This document shows, piece after piece, positions 27,003 to 36,377 of a DNA stretch of 64,000 nucleotides. This DNA is from Alphaproteobacteria bacterium (lineage in GTDB: Bacteria > Pseudomonadota > Alphaproteobacteria > Rickettsiales > SXRF01): positions 78,463 to 142,462 of the forward strand of contig JBKDKX010000009.1 of NCBI GenBank assembly GCA_046344715.1. The letters run 5' to 3'. Within the stretch, counting starts at the first letter, position 1; each line of letters opens with the position of its first letter. The position numbers were made by a program, and so were the translations under genes. The notes below the pieces were generated by a model. That model searched no databases, had not been told where the DNA came from, and saw only the letters and a program-made list of their open reading frames with translations.

Positions 27003-28247
27003 ATGAAAATAATTATTCTTGGTTCAGGACTGCTTGGTGTAACGACCGCGTATGAGCTGGCAAAGCGCGGGTTTGAGGTCACTGTATTGGATAGAAAAGA
27101 GGCCAGTGCTGCCGAATGCAGCTATGCCAATGGCGGCCAGCTTTCCTACAGCACCGCAGAACCATGGGCGACACCAGAAGTTCTCAAAAAACTGCCGAAA
27201 TGGTTGGTACACCCCGATGCGCCGCTGGTTTTCAGACCACGGGCAGATTTGGATATGATTAAATGGGGGTTACGTTTCCTGCGTAATTGCACGGTGGAAA
27301 GAGCCAGTATCAATACCGTGAATCTTCTTAGGCTTGGCCTTTACAGCCGCATGGAAATGCACCGTATTGTTCAAGAAATAGCTATTACTTTTGATTATAC
27401 TTCCAAGGGGATTTTGCAGCTCTACGGCAGTGATGCTGATTTTGAGAGCGCAAAAAAACAAATGGAATTTCAGGCAAAATTTGGCTGCAAACAAACAATA
27501 CTTACCGCCAATAAATGCATTGAATTAGAGCCCGCCCTTGCCCATACCTCTCGCCCGATAGCTGGCGGTATCCACGCAGTAATGGATGAAGTGGGTGATG
27601 CGCATATATTCTGCAATGCGCTTGCAAATTATGCTGCTGAAAAACACGGCGTAAAATTTTTATATGGCACCACAATTAAAGCAATAATTACTGAAGAAAA
27701 CCGTGTGTTTGCAGTGGAGACTAACGCGGGTCAAATGCAGGCTGATGGTTTTGTGATGGCGATGGGTTCTTACTCCGCTATTTTCATGAAACGTCTTGGC
27801 GTTAAGATTCCTGTATATCCGATGAAAGGCTACAGCCTGACACTGAATGCTGACGAATATACCCCACAATCCAGCATCACGGATAATGCATATAAGGTAG
27901 TGTACACACGTATTGGTAGCAAGCTGCGTATCGCAGGCACCGCTGAGTTTGCTGGTTATAATGATAAAATAAATGAATCCCGCATCAAGCCAATTCTGCG
28001 CGCGGCAAAAAGTATATTGCCAAAAGTAAACTGGAATCAGCCTGTAGAAAAATGGGCATGTCTGAGGCCATCCACACCAACAGGTTTGCCAGTGCTTGGC
28101 CCTACCCCATATGTAAATCTGTTTTTGAACACAGGCCACGGCACACTGGGCTGGACACAGGCGGCAGGAAGTGCTTCCATCGTCGCCGATATTATGCAGA
28201 ATAAAGCACCACAAATTTTAATGAATGGAATGATCCTTGAGCGATGA
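27003..28247 (+). CDS. dadA: D-amino-acid dehydrogenase-like FAD oxidoreductase
   Basis: MKIIILGSGLLGVTTAYELAKRGFEVTVLDR (FAD GxGxxG). Colinear resemblance to DadA throughout. Confidence 0.85.
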   Translation: MKIIILGSGLLGVTTAYELAKRGFEVTVLDRKEASAAECSYANGGQLSYSTAEPWATPEVLKKLPKWLVHPDAPLVFRPRADLDMIKWGLRFLRNCTVERASINTVNLLRLGLYSRMEMHRIVQEIAITFDYTSKGILQLYGSDADFESAKKQMEFQAKFGCKQTILTANKCIELEPALAHTSRPIAGGIHAVMDEVGDAHIFCNALANYAAEKHGVKFLYGTTIKAIITEENRVFAVETNAGQMQADGFVMAMGSYSAIFMKRLGVKIPVYPMKGYSLTLNADEYTPQSSITDNAYKVVYTRIGSKLRIAGTAEFAGYNDKINESRIKPILRAAKSILPKVNWNQPVEKWACLRPSTPTGLPVLGPTPYVNLFLNTGHGTLGWTQAAGSASIVADIMQNKAPQILMNGMILER

Positions 28248-28926
28248 TAAAAGAGATTTGAATCAGGTGTATGGTGAGTTTGGCTCCGTAGGTTCATTGA
28301 AAGAAAATTTTTATGATTGGCACGGTGCGAATGAATGGATATTCAAACAAATAAACAGCATTCGTGGCGATCTGTATGACCATACCATGCAGATTATTTC
28401 CGATTTAGGAAAACATGAAAATTTCAAATATTATCTTATACTCGCAGTCATATATGCCATCGCCAGCACAGCATTAAAAAAGTTAAAAGGAAATGGCGGT
28501 GTAAAACAACACCTATGCAAGTGGTTGGGCGTATTATTGGTTCTTCCTGCTGCCTATGCTGCCTCAGGGCTTACTACCAAATACCTCAAAAATGAGTTTG
28601 CTTACGAACGACCGTACCAAAAATATGACAGCAAAGACGTGTTTTGGCTTGAGCCTCAAGAATCAAAGAAAGCCAATGAAAGCTTTCCAAGCGGCCATGC
28701 TACATTCATTATGATGTTACTCGTTGCACTCTGGCCGGTGCTATCTGAGAATATGCGCTGGTTTGGTATGCTTACAGCGCTGGGGGTGGGCTGGTCGCGT
28801 ATGGCGCTTGGAGTGCATTTTCCTGCTGATGTTGTTGCTGGGTTTATGGTCGGCGCGGTGGCAACATGGTTAGTACGAAAAGTGATTTATGGCGTGATCG
28901 CCAAGTTGTTTAAGATTCATTGCTGA
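28237..28926 (+). CDS. PAP2-family membrane phosphatase
   Basis: All three PAP2 motifs are present: K-x6-RP (KNEFAYERP), PSGH (FPSGHA) and SR-x5-H-x3-D (SRMALGVHFPAD). TTG start overlapping the dadA stop. Confidence 0.85.
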   Translation: MSDDKRDLNQVYGEFGSVGSLKENFYDWHGANEWIFKQINSIRGDLYDHTMQIISDLGKHENFKYYLILAVIYAIASTALKKLKGNGGVKQHLCKWLGVLLVLPAAYAASGLTTKYLKNEFAYERPYQKYDSKDVFWLEPQESKKANESFPSGHATFIMMLLVALWPVLSENMRWFGMLTALGVGWSRMALGVHFPADVVAGFMVGAVATWLVRKVIYGVIAKLFKIHC

Positions 28927-29801
28927 TGTCAGGTCAAATACATAGCATTGCTATACCTTCAAGGCCAGAAACCTTAAAGCCAGCAACGCTGCAAAGCCAC
29001 ATATTATCATATCTTAAATGGGGTAATGGGCCTGAGGTGGTATTGTGCGTGCATGGGCTGACTCGGCTTGCGCGCGACTTTGATTTTCTGGCAAAATCAT
29101 TATCAGAGAAATATACCGTTCTCTGCCCTGATATGCCCGGACGTGGCGGCAGCGAGTGGTTGCGTGAGGCAAACGATTACAATTATGCCACCTATATTGC
29201 CGATATTTTTACCCTGCTCGATAGTTTGAGCATCAAAACAGTGCATTGGATAGGCACTTCCATGGGCGGTATCATTGCGATGATGGCTGCTGGTATGCGC
29301 CCTACCCTGATTAAATCACTAGTACTGAATGATGTGGGGTGCTTGATTCCTGCGGCAAGCCTTGAGCGTATATTGAGTTATGCTGGTGTAAAAATGCACT
29401 TTACGAACCGGCAGGAAGCCGAGGCGCATTTACGTTTGATATGCAAACCGTTTGGCATCGGTGAAGAATCCCATTGGCAACATCTGTTTGCCTACACGAT
29501 TCGCTCATTGCCTGATGGCACATGCACACTGCATTATGACCCTAATATTATCACGCCGCTGAAAACCGTTGAGGTTAAAGATGTGAATCTTTGGGTATTC
29601 TGGGAGGCATTGAAGACAATTCCGTTGTTGCTGATTCGTGGAGCACAATCTGATTTATTATTGGCGGAAACCGCCCAGCAAATGAAATCACTGCACCCGA
29701 ACCTTACATTGCATGAAATACAAAACTCAGGTCATGCGCCAGCGCTGATGAGTGAAAGTGAGATTAATTTGATTACAGGCTGGTTGAATAACAGATATTA
29801 G
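28926..29801 (+). CDS. alpha/beta-fold hydrolase
   Basis: HG oxyanion motif (CVHGLT), nucleophile elbow GTSMGG, C-terminal GH. The ATG overlaps the PAP2 TGA (TGATG). Confidence 0.8.
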   Translation: MSGQIHSIAIPSRPETLKPATLQSHILSYLKWGNGPEVVLCVHGLTRLARDFDFLAKSLSEKYTVLCPDMPGRGGSEWLREANDYNYATYIADIFTLLDSLSIKTVHWIGTSMGGIIAMMAAGMRPTLIKSLVLNDVGCLIPAASLERILSYAGVKMHFTNRQEAEAHLRLICKPFGIGEESHWQHLFAYTIRSLPDGTCTLHYDPNIITPLKTVEVKDVNLWVFWEALKTIPLLLIRGAQSDLLLAETAQQMKSLHPNLTLHEIQNSGHAPALMSESEINLITGWLNNRY

Positions 29802-30022
29802 CTGTTAACACATACCTGTTGTGAGGCATCGTTGAACATCAAGCCGCCCATAAGTGCCAGCCCCAGAGCAAAAAGGAAGGTAGAATTCGTGCGTTCTGGC
29901 GTGCCATACATGAAATTAACTATAGCAAAAAAGGCATTCTTTGCTGATACAAGTGCCAGAGAAAAAGGCTGATTATGTTTGATGGCAATGGCTTTGGTGT
30001 GCTGCATAAATTTCCCCTGCAT
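29798..30022 (-). CDS. hypothetical small membrane protein
   Basis: 74-aa ORF with two hydrophobic segments. No family recognised. Convergent 4-nt overlap with the hydrolase gene. Confidence 0.25.
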   Translation of the reverse strand: MQGKFMQHTKAIAIKHNQPFSLALVSAKNAFFAIVNFMYGTPERTNSTFLFALGLALMGGLMFNDASQQVCVNS

Positions 30023-30060
30023 TGTCTTACCATTGTAGCATATTTGCAGGTTTTGTGAAT

Positions 30061-30093
30061 AAAAAACGCACAGAACCGTTAGATTCTGTGCGT
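30061..30093 (-). terminator. rho-independent terminator downstream of rpsU
   Basis: 10-bp stem ACGCACAGAA / TTCTGTGCGT (30066-30075 / 30084-30093), followed on the minus strand by a T-run (30061-30066). Confidence 0.55.
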
Positions 30094-30116
30094 TTCAAAT
30101 GCTTTAGCTAAAAAAA

Positions 30117-30320
30117 TCAGTCGTTACGATCTGAATTTTTGCGAGCCAGTTTACGGGCGCGACGCTTTGCTTCAGCCGCTTTGCGAACACGCGCTTCAGC
30201 TGGCTTTTCATAATGACGGCGCATTTTCATCTCACGGAACAGCCCTTCACGCTGCATCTTCTTTTTAAGTGCGCGCAGAGCCTGGTCGACGTTGTTATCA
30301 CGTACAATTACTTCTACCAA
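30117..30320 (-). CDS. rpsU: 30S ribosomal protein S21
   Basis: (M)[43 protein letters not shown] start at 30320 preceded by AAGGGGG gives the normal 67-aa length. The longer track ORF is probably an over-extension. Confidence 0.9.
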   Translation of the reverse strand: MVEVIVRDNNVDQALRALKKKMQREGLFREMKMRRHYEKPAEARVRKAAEAKRRARKLARKNSDRND

Positions 30321-30415
30321 AAAAATATACCCCCTTTGCGGAGTGTTATCTGTTGAAAGGACAAGCATTTTAACAGCCATATTAATGGCTGTCAAAACAA
30401 TAAATTAGCTATTTC

Positions 30416-32707
30416 TCAGAATGTTAAAGATATATCACGTACCTTATGGCAAATGGTATCGTGGCAGGGCTGGCAGCGCAGACGTACAGTATAGCGCGGT
30501 TTTTCAGACATATTTCCAACGAATTTCACACGCATGAGAATGGTGATGGTATCCTCAAACAGCCGCATCACACCGCGCACCAGAGGTTTTGGATAGTTCA
30601 CGTCAACAAGCTCAATATCCTGTGATTGGATATCTATCTGGGTAGCAATAAGGCCTGGTTCACTCAGCTCATTAGCATTGATATGCCAACCCTCCTTAAT
30701 GAGGATGGTGGAGGTCAACTCATACACTTCATTCTGTTGGAGTTCATCGGGCAATGGCGAAACCTTAAGAAAAATGACGTCATCAGCGGCGGGAACCTGT
30801 TCGGGTGGCGTAACACTTGGTGTGTAAGGCTTAAATGCAGGATCATTCTCCCCTTTGCCTCGATTGACCAAGCTGTCGAATCTAAGTGTGCCGGAAAGCA
30901 TGGTGGCATATTCCAGCATATTGCGATCATTCCCTTTTAGGAAGTGCTGCGACAATGCTTCTGCTTGTATTTTATAGGCTTCTTTTTTGGTAATGGCGTA
31001 AAGCTGCGTGAGATTATGTAGCATCATGGCATTGGTATTCGGCAGAGTGGAATCGTCGCCGCTTTTGATACGCAACGGAAGTCTTTCACCTTTTTGGGCA
31101 AAATAATAGCCATCCGTAACGTTATCCCCAAATAATTCCTGTGCACGCTCAATAAGGCTTTCTGCTGATTCTAAAATCTTATTATCCTTGGTTGCGTGAT
31201 ACAATGCCAGCAGGCCATCAACGAAATAGGCATAATCTTCTAAAGTGCCGGCAATATTGGATTTAGGCCCTACAATTCGCTTTAGTCTGCCATTATTATC
31301 AAAGCCATGATCCAGTATATATTGTGCGGCTGATTGTGCTATATCCGTGTAGCGTGGTGCATTAAATGCAATCGCCGCTCTTGCATATGCACCAATCATT
31401 AATCCATTCCATGAAGTGATAATTTTATCATCAACATTGGGTGCGGCGCGCGTATTCCTTACTGCCAGAATTTTATTCATTATCTGCGCGGAAAGAGCAG
31501 CAACTTCTGCATATGGCCTGCCAAATTCACGGGCGGCAATGTGTAGAGGTTTGCGCGCTACGATAACTTTCCCATTGGTTGATTTATGCCCGCCAAATAC
31601 GGGAATATCTGCCAGTGCATAGAAGGTAACAAAGAATTGTGTTTCTTCCGGAGTCAGAATTTGTTGCAATTCTTCTGCCGACCATGCGTAATATGCTCCT
31701 TCTACTCCATCTGTTTCTGCATCAATAGCTGCATAAAATGCACTATGTCCGCTTCTAAACTGAGCAATAGAAAAATCCAAAATACTCTTGGCAATATCCA
31801 TAAAATAGCTGCTGTCTATCAGAAGTGCAGCTCTGGTATAAATATTTGCAAGCAATGCCTGATTATAAAGCATCTTCTCGAAATGCGGCACATACCATTC
31901 TTTATCCACCGAATAACGATGGAAACCGCAGCCCACATGGTCATATATACCGCCGGCTGCCATCCTCGCTAACGATCGGGTTACGATAGCCAGTGCTTCC
32001 GTGGAGTGGCTGTATTCATAATAATCCAGCAGAAAATTTAAATAACATTCATTAGGAAATTTGGGTGCCTGAAAAAAGCCGCCACTTCTTGCATCATGCT
32101 GCTCTTGTAATGTTGCAAACAGGGAGTGTACAAGGCTGTTTAGGTCTAATACATTGTTACTTTCAGTGCGTTCATGCACAAGAAATGGACGCATCACATC
32201 AATAATTTCATCCGCTTTGCTGCGAACGGATTGTTCCTGCGTAGCCCATGTATAATTAATCCATTCAAGCACTCTGGGGAATGCGGGTTTATTCAGAGAT
32301 TCATCTGCAGCGTATGTTCCACCTGCATAAAAAGGCTTCAAATCAGGAGTAAGAAAGATATTATTTGGCCAGCCACCTTCATGTGTCATAAGCTGGCGAG
32401 CCACCATATAAAACTCATCAATCTCAGGATATTCTTCTCTATCCACTTTGATGTTGATAAAAAATTTATTCATTTGCGATGCAATCGAGAGATTTTCAAA
32501 AACATCTCTTTCCATCACATGGCACCAGTAACAGGTGGAATATCCTATGGATAACAGAATAGGCTTATTTTCTATAAATGCGCGGTCAATGGCTTCTTTG
32601 CTCCACGGATACCAAAACACAGGATTATGTGCATGCTGCCGCAAATATGGGCTGTTGGAATTAACCAGTGGGTTATTAAATTGAGGGTTTTTTTCAAAAG
32701 GTTTAAT
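30416..32707 (-). CDS. DUF255 thioredoxin-domain protein (YyaL/SPATA20-like) with a C-terminal DsbD-alpha-like extension
   Basis: [17 protein letters not shown] and [11 protein letters not shown] motifs plus a six-hairpin glycosidase-like middle region. The conserved N-terminus begins upstream of the track TTG; candidate ATT start at 32707 sits 7 nt after AAGGAG. Confidence 0.8.
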   Translation of the reverse strand: MKPFEKNPQFNNPLVNSNSPYLRQHAHNPVFWYPWSKEAIDRAFIENKPILLSIGYSTCYWCHVMERDVFENLSIASQMNKFFINIKVDREEYPEIDEFYMVARQLMTHEGGWPNNIFLTPDLKPFYAGGTYAADESLNKPAFPRVLEWINYTWATQEQSVRSKADEIIDVMRPFLVHERTESNNVLDLNSLVHSLFATLQEQHDARSGGFFQAPKFPNECYLNFLLDYYEYSHSTEALAIVTRSLARMAAGGIYDHVGCGFHRYSVDKEWYVPHFEKMLYNQALLANIYTRAALLIDSSYFMDIAKSILDFSIAQFRSGHSAFYAAIDAETDGVEGAYYAWSAEELQQILTPEETQFFVTFYALADIPVFGGHKSTNGKVIVARKPLHIAAREFGRPYAEVAALSAQIMNKILAVRNTRAAPNVDDKIITSWNGLMIGAYARAAIAFNAPRYTDIAQSAAQYILDHGFDNNGRLKRIVGPKSNIAGTLEDYAYFVDGLLALYHATKDNKILESAESLIERAQELFGDNVTDGYYFAQKGERLPLRIKSGDDSTLPNTNAMMLHNLTQLYAITKKEAYKIQAEALSQHFLKGNDRNMLEYATMLSGTLRFDSLVNRGKGENDPAFKPYTPSVTPPEQVPAADDVIFLKVSPLPDELQQNEVYELTSTILIKEGWHINANELSEPGLIATQIDIQSQDIELVDVNYPKPLVRGVMRLFEDTITILMRVKFVGNMSEKPRYTVRLRCQPCHDTICHKVRDISLTF

Positions 32708-32711
32708 GGGA

Positions 32712-33317
32712 TTACTCCTTAAAATTATTTATAAGCCTGTTCTCTATCTCTTGAAGTATCGACACATGATCTTTCCTGCCGATGGCCTGAAAATCAGCGC
32801 AATTAACCCATTTGCGTTCCTGAGTTGAAGGCGTGGTTTCTGCATCGGATAAAAAATTATCATGGTGGTGAATTTCCGCCGCAAAGAGCCACATATATTT
32901 GGTTTTTCCGGTGGTAGCGGATGAGAAATTAAACGCCCCCATATCCAGCATATACTTTATATTATCCAGTTTCAGACCTAGCTCTTCAATGCCTTCACGC
33001 AGAGCAGTGGCTGCCAGAGTTTCTTTTATATCGGCGTGCTGCCCTGCACCGTCACGAATATCTTGCCATGTGCCATCAGGTAGCTGGTATTGCCGCGTAC
33101 CCTTGCATATCTGAAACGGCGGCTCACTCAAATCCGGCGAGATAGAAACCGGTTTCATCATGAAATACTTAAACCCGCCAGAACGCACAAACGGCACTAC
33201 GCCTGCCTTGTTATAATGCGAGATAGTATGTGAATGCACATCTTCCCACAGGCGGGTGATGCTCTGCTGTTGCAAGAAGGCTTCTATTACGGCATGTTGG
33301 GTGTCACTCATAACCAT
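32712..33317 (-). CDS. NUDIX hydrolase
   Basis: Nudix-box-like E-x7-REGIEELGL. Start taken at MVMSDTQ (33317), because the longer ORF overlaps the divergent gene. Confidence 0.75.
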   Translation of the reverse strand: MVMSDTQHAVIEAFLQQQSITRLWEDVHSHTISHYNKAGVVPFVRSGGFKYFMMKPVSISPDLSEPPFQICKGTRQYQLPDGTWQDIRDGAGQHADIKETLAATALREGIEELGLKLDNIKYMLDMGAFNFSSATTGKTKYMWLFAAEIHHHDNFLSDAETTPSTQERKWVNCADFQAIGRKDHVSILQEIENRLINNFKE

Positions 33318-33332
33318 AGTTTTACAGGTATT

Positions 33333-34112
33333 ATGTTTTTTGACAACCGTGAGCTTGCATTGGCTCATCACATGGCTGATATTTCTGGTGAAATCCTTCG
33401 ACGTTACTGGCGCACGCCTGTTTCTGTTGACCAAAAAGCTGATTTTAGCCCTGTTACCCATGCCGACCGCGAGGCCGAAGAAGCCATGCGCTCTGTGCTT
33501 GCTGCCAACTTTCCAGATCATGGGATTTTTGGCGAAGAACATGGCCGCACCAACGAGAATGCAACGAAACAATGGGTGATAGACCCTATTGATGGCACAC
33601 GATCATTTATTGCCGGATATCCGATATTCACTACGCTCATTGCACTGATGCAGCAGGATAAGCCGTTGTTTGGCATTATAGACCAACCAATAAATAATGA
33701 ACGCTGGCAGGGCTTAGCAGGTGAGCAAACAACCTGCAATGGCAAGCCAGTACTTGTGCGTGATATGCGCGAGTTGGCTAATGCAAACCTGGCCACTACG
33801 TCTATGTTACATTTTACCCCAAAAGAAACTGAAGTCTTCAAAGCGCTGCGTACCTCATGCGCAAATTTCCAGCAGGGTGGTGATGCCTACGCCTATGCAA
33901 TGCTGGCAAGCGGCAATCTGGATATAGTGATTGATGCACATATGAAACCGTATGATTATTGCGCGCTTATCCCCGTAATTGAAGGCGCCGGCGGCATAAT
34001 CACCGATTGGTCAGGCAAGCCCCTTTCCACCCAATCAAACGGCTCCGTGCTCGCCGCAGGAACGAAAGAGCTGCATGAGGCGGTGCTGAGTATTCTCAAC
34101 ATGTCATCCTGA
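33333..34112 (+). CDS. inositol monophosphatase family protein (possibly histidinol-phosphatase HisN)
   Basis: Motifs FGEE, WVIDPIDGTRSFIAG, WSG. The last three codons and the stop lie inside the repeat at 34102-34159. Confidence 0.85.
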   Translation: MFFDNRELALAHHMADISGEILRRYWRTPVSVDQKADFSPVTHADREAEEAMRSVLAANFPDHGIFGEEHGRTNENATKQWVIDPIDGTRSFIAGYPIFTTLIALMQQDKPLFGIIDQPINNERWQGLAGEQTTCNGKPVLVRDMRELANANLATTSMLHFTPKETEVFKALRTSCANFQQGGDAYAYAMLASGNLDIVIDAHMKPYDYCALIPVIEGAGGIITDWSGKPLSTQSNGSVLAAGTKELHEAVLSILNMSS

Positions 34113-34159
34113 GCATAGCGAAGGATCCTAAGATTCTTCGGCTTTGCCTCAGAATGACA
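34102..34159. repeat. palindromic MITE-like element, family B (short copy)
   Basis: TGTCATCCTGAGC ... CCTCAGAATGACA. Shares GAGC(A/G)TAGCGAA, GAAGGATC, AGATTCTTCG and GGCTTTGCCTC modules with the 43729-43797 copy, in the opposite internal orientation. Confidence 0.65.
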
Positions 34160-34236
34160 AATTTTCCCCCTTCCCGACCATCACACTCGCTGCAATCCTT
34201 AAATGATATCGTTGTAATCAATTTTAAGGAGCAGTC

Positions 34237-34593
34237 ATGCCAAGCAGTATCAATTTTGAACCACAAGTTTCTTATAACCTCACCGCAACCATAGCTAATG
34301 GCCAGACCACCAGCGCAGAAATAGATCTGGCAGGTACAACCCTTTGTGGTCTTATTATTCCCGCTGTCATCACCGGCACAGCCTTGTCACTTCAAATGTC
34401 AGACACCAGCGGCGGCACATTCGTTGCCGTGCAGGATGGCAATGGAAATGACCTAAGCATTGCCGTTACGGCCAACAAATTCATCCCCATCAATAACCTT
34501 GCGGTTACAGCGGGTGTGCGCTTCATCAAAATAATCAGCAATGCATCAGAAGCAGCCCAGCGCAGCATCAAGCTGGTTACGCGGGCAGTGTAA
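34237..34593 (+). CDS. hypothetical beta-rich protein, first gene of the phage-like cassette
   Basis: AAGGAG 7 nt upstream. 118 aa. Tightly linked to the three following genes. The pattern is reminiscent of small phage virion proteins, but no family was assigned. Confidence 0.5.
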   Translation: MPSSINFEPQVSYNLTATIANGQTTSAEIDLAGTTLCGLIIPAVITGTALSLQMSDTSGGTFVAVQDGNGNDLSIAVTANKFIPINNLAVTAGVRFIKIISNASEAAQRSIKLVTRAV

Positions 34594-34594
34594 C

Positions 34595-34705
34595 ATGAGC
34601 AGGCTTTTATTATTGCTATTCCTGGGCATCCCCTCCAACGCCATCACGCTGGAAGATGGTGACGCGCTCAGCGCAGAAAACAGCGAAATCATCACCTACG
34701 AATAA
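34595..34705 (+). CDS. 36-aa ORF with ITLEDGDALSAENSEIITYE tail
   Basis: Starts 1 nt after the previous stop. Product MSRLLLLLFLGIPSNAITLEDGDALSAENSEIITYE. Similar (L/I)xLE.GD.L..E motifs occur in small ORFs preceding tail-fibre genes of alphaproteobacterial phages (from memory). Below the track cutoff. Confidence 0.35.
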   Translation: MSRLLLLLFLGIPSNAITLEDGDALSAENSEIITYE

Positions 34706-34716
34706 AGGAATTTCTT

Positions 34717-35580
34717 ATGGCAAAAAAAATCAGCCAGCTTACCGCTGCAACCAGTCTTACTGGCGCAGAACTTATCCCCGTGGTGCAAAGCGGCACCACA
34801 AAATCCGCCACCATGCAGCAGATTGCTGGTGCAAACAGCAATTACTTCTTCCACGGTTTTGCAGGCGCGCAACTAACAGGCGACCCCAAATTTTATGATA
34901 TTTCTGGCGCGGGCAATGATGCCTCGTTTGGCGCAAATTTATCAAACACAAACGCATGGGCAAATGCAGGATATGTCTCTACTATTAATCCTGTTGGTGG
35001 TTCTACAGATAGTGTTATTCGTATGCCAGCCCTTAACCTTGATTATAACGGTGGTGAAAAACTTATCATATGGTGGTTGGGCAAAGCCACACCGGAAGGC
35101 TCTGCCGTATCATTGCTTGGTGATGGATTTAATACCACTTACCCTGGTGTTCGCATTCGCTGCAATACAACAGGCACACTACAAATTATCGCGCATGATG
35201 CTGTCAATAGCAGCTTTTCCAGTACACCAAGCGAAGTGCCATTTGATGGAAACTTACACAGCTTTGCCGCAGTTCTGGATGGTCAGGCCAAGAAATTCGG
35301 TATCTGGGTAGACGAGGTTTATGCCGCAAGCTTAGGTGGAGCATATGCCACATTTGATTCCGGCAATGCCCGCGATACCCGCACTACTAATACATTTAAC
35401 ATCGGCACATCAGTGCCAGCAGTGGCAGCCAGCACAGAAGGCATTGTCTGCCAGACGCGGGCGTTTGTGATGTTAAAACTGTCTGCATCTAAACCTATGC
35501 CAACTATAGCCACGCTTACACCTGTGTTTCAGGCACTGCGCCGCAATCCATCCAAACGTATTCTTGCATCAGTATTCTAA
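34717..35580 (+). CDS. phage tail-fibre-like protein with a LamG/ConA-like lectin domain
   Basis: N-terminus MAKKISQLTAATSLTGAELIPVVQSGTTKSATMQQI is typical of phage tail fibres. The C-terminal region resembles a LamG-like jelly roll (FAAVLDGQAKKFGIWVDEVY). Confidence 0.55.
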   Translation: MAKKISQLTAATSLTGAELIPVVQSGTTKSATMQQIAGANSNYFFHGFAGAQLTGDPKFYDISGAGNDASFGANLSNTNAWANAGYVSTINPVGGSTDSVIRMPALNLDYNGGEKLIIWWLGKATPEGSAVSLLGDGFNTTYPGVRIRCNTTGTLQIIAHDAVNSSFSSTPSEVPFDGNLHSFAAVLDGQAKKFGIWVDEVYAASLGGAYATFDSGNARDTRTTNTFNIGTSVPAVAASTEGIVCQTRAFVMLKLSASKPMPTIATLTPVFQALRRNPSKRILASVF

Positions 35581-36350
35581 TGGCTGGCGGAGATGAGAAA
35601 GATCCTAAAATGAGCAAAATTATTGATTACCCGCTTAATGCTGATTTTTCAGGAGTAAATACGTTGCAAGCGCAAGGTGTTATTGATACCGGAAATAATC
35701 TTCGAGATGGTATAGAAGGTGCGCTTAGCATAGAAAACGGCGTGATGAAATCTACCATCACACAATCTGATACGCTAACGGCTACTGCGATACGTTCAGA
35801 AATTACTGCACCGGCGGATAGTTTTACCGAGCGTTGGTATGTGTGGGAGTTTATGCTGCCGGAGGGTTTTAACCCCAACATTGCCCCCATCAGCCTGATG
35901 CAGATTCATGACACTCCAGATGGCGGTGATGGCGCAAAGGCTGTGCCCTTTGCGCTGTATTATGAACAGGCAGGATATCTTGCCGCGCATGTCCCATTGC
36001 AAACGTTGCCAGCAGAAGGGGCTAATTTCAAACCGGCAGGAATTACGGATTTTGAAAGAGGTCGATGGCATAAAGCATGTTTGCATGCGTTTTGGTCAAC
36101 CACTTTCACGGGGTTCAGAGAATTTTATATGGACGGTGTGCCGCTATTTCGGCACTTCAACCTCCCCGCTATGTATAGCGATGTAACAGGCCCATACCTG
36201 AAACTTGGCTGTTATGATGCCACGCATAATGCACGCTTTGGTAGTTGCACTGCCTATTTCCGCAATGTTGCCATATGGTTCGGTAATGATGGGTATTTTA
36301 CGGTAATGGGTGGTATTCCTGCGCTGTCGCCCCAGAGAGTGGAGGATTAA
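35580..36350 (+). CDS. polysaccharide lyase-like protein (PL7 / ConA-like lyase fold)
   Basis: Ordered motifs RSEI (cf. R-S/T-E-L), QIHD (cf. QIH) and YLKLGCYDA (cf. YFKAGVYNQ). The ATG overlaps the preceding TAA. Confidence 0.5.
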   Translation: MAGGDEKDPKMSKIIDYPLNADFSGVNTLQAQGVIDTGNNLRDGIEGALSIENGVMKSTITQSDTLTATAIRSEITAPADSFTERWYVWEFMLPEGFNPNIAPISLMQIHDTPDGGDGAKAVPFALYYEQAGYLAAHVPLQTLPAEGANFKPAGITDFERGRWHKACLHAFWSTTFTGFREFYMDGVPLFRHFNLPAMYSDVTGPYLKLGCYDATHNARFGSCTAYFRNVAIWFGNDGYFTVMGGIPALSPQRVED

Positions 36351-36359
36351 TGCCATGGA

Positions 36360-36377
36360 GTCATTGCGAGGAGCGAT
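36360..36377. repeat. truncated copy of the family A palindromic element
   Basis: GTCATTGCGAGGAGCGAT is identical to the first 18 nt of the 2861-2943 element. It encodes the last residues and the stop of the wecG-like gene. Confidence 0.45.

Noticed and set aside
29798-30022. 74-aa ORF with two hydrophobic segments considered as a VirB2-type pilin
   Set aside because: It has no convincing signal peptide or long leader. It lies 3 kb from the T4SS operon on the far side of three unrelated genes. The hypothesis rests on hydrophobicity alone.
33234-33572. Long N-terminal extensions of the divergent Nudix (286 aa) and IMPase (292 aa) track ORFs, which overlap each other by about 340 nt
   Set aside because: Family-conserved sequence starts at MVMSDTQ (33317, minus strand) and MFFDNRELA (33333, plus strand). 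The extensions are mutually antisense and featureless.
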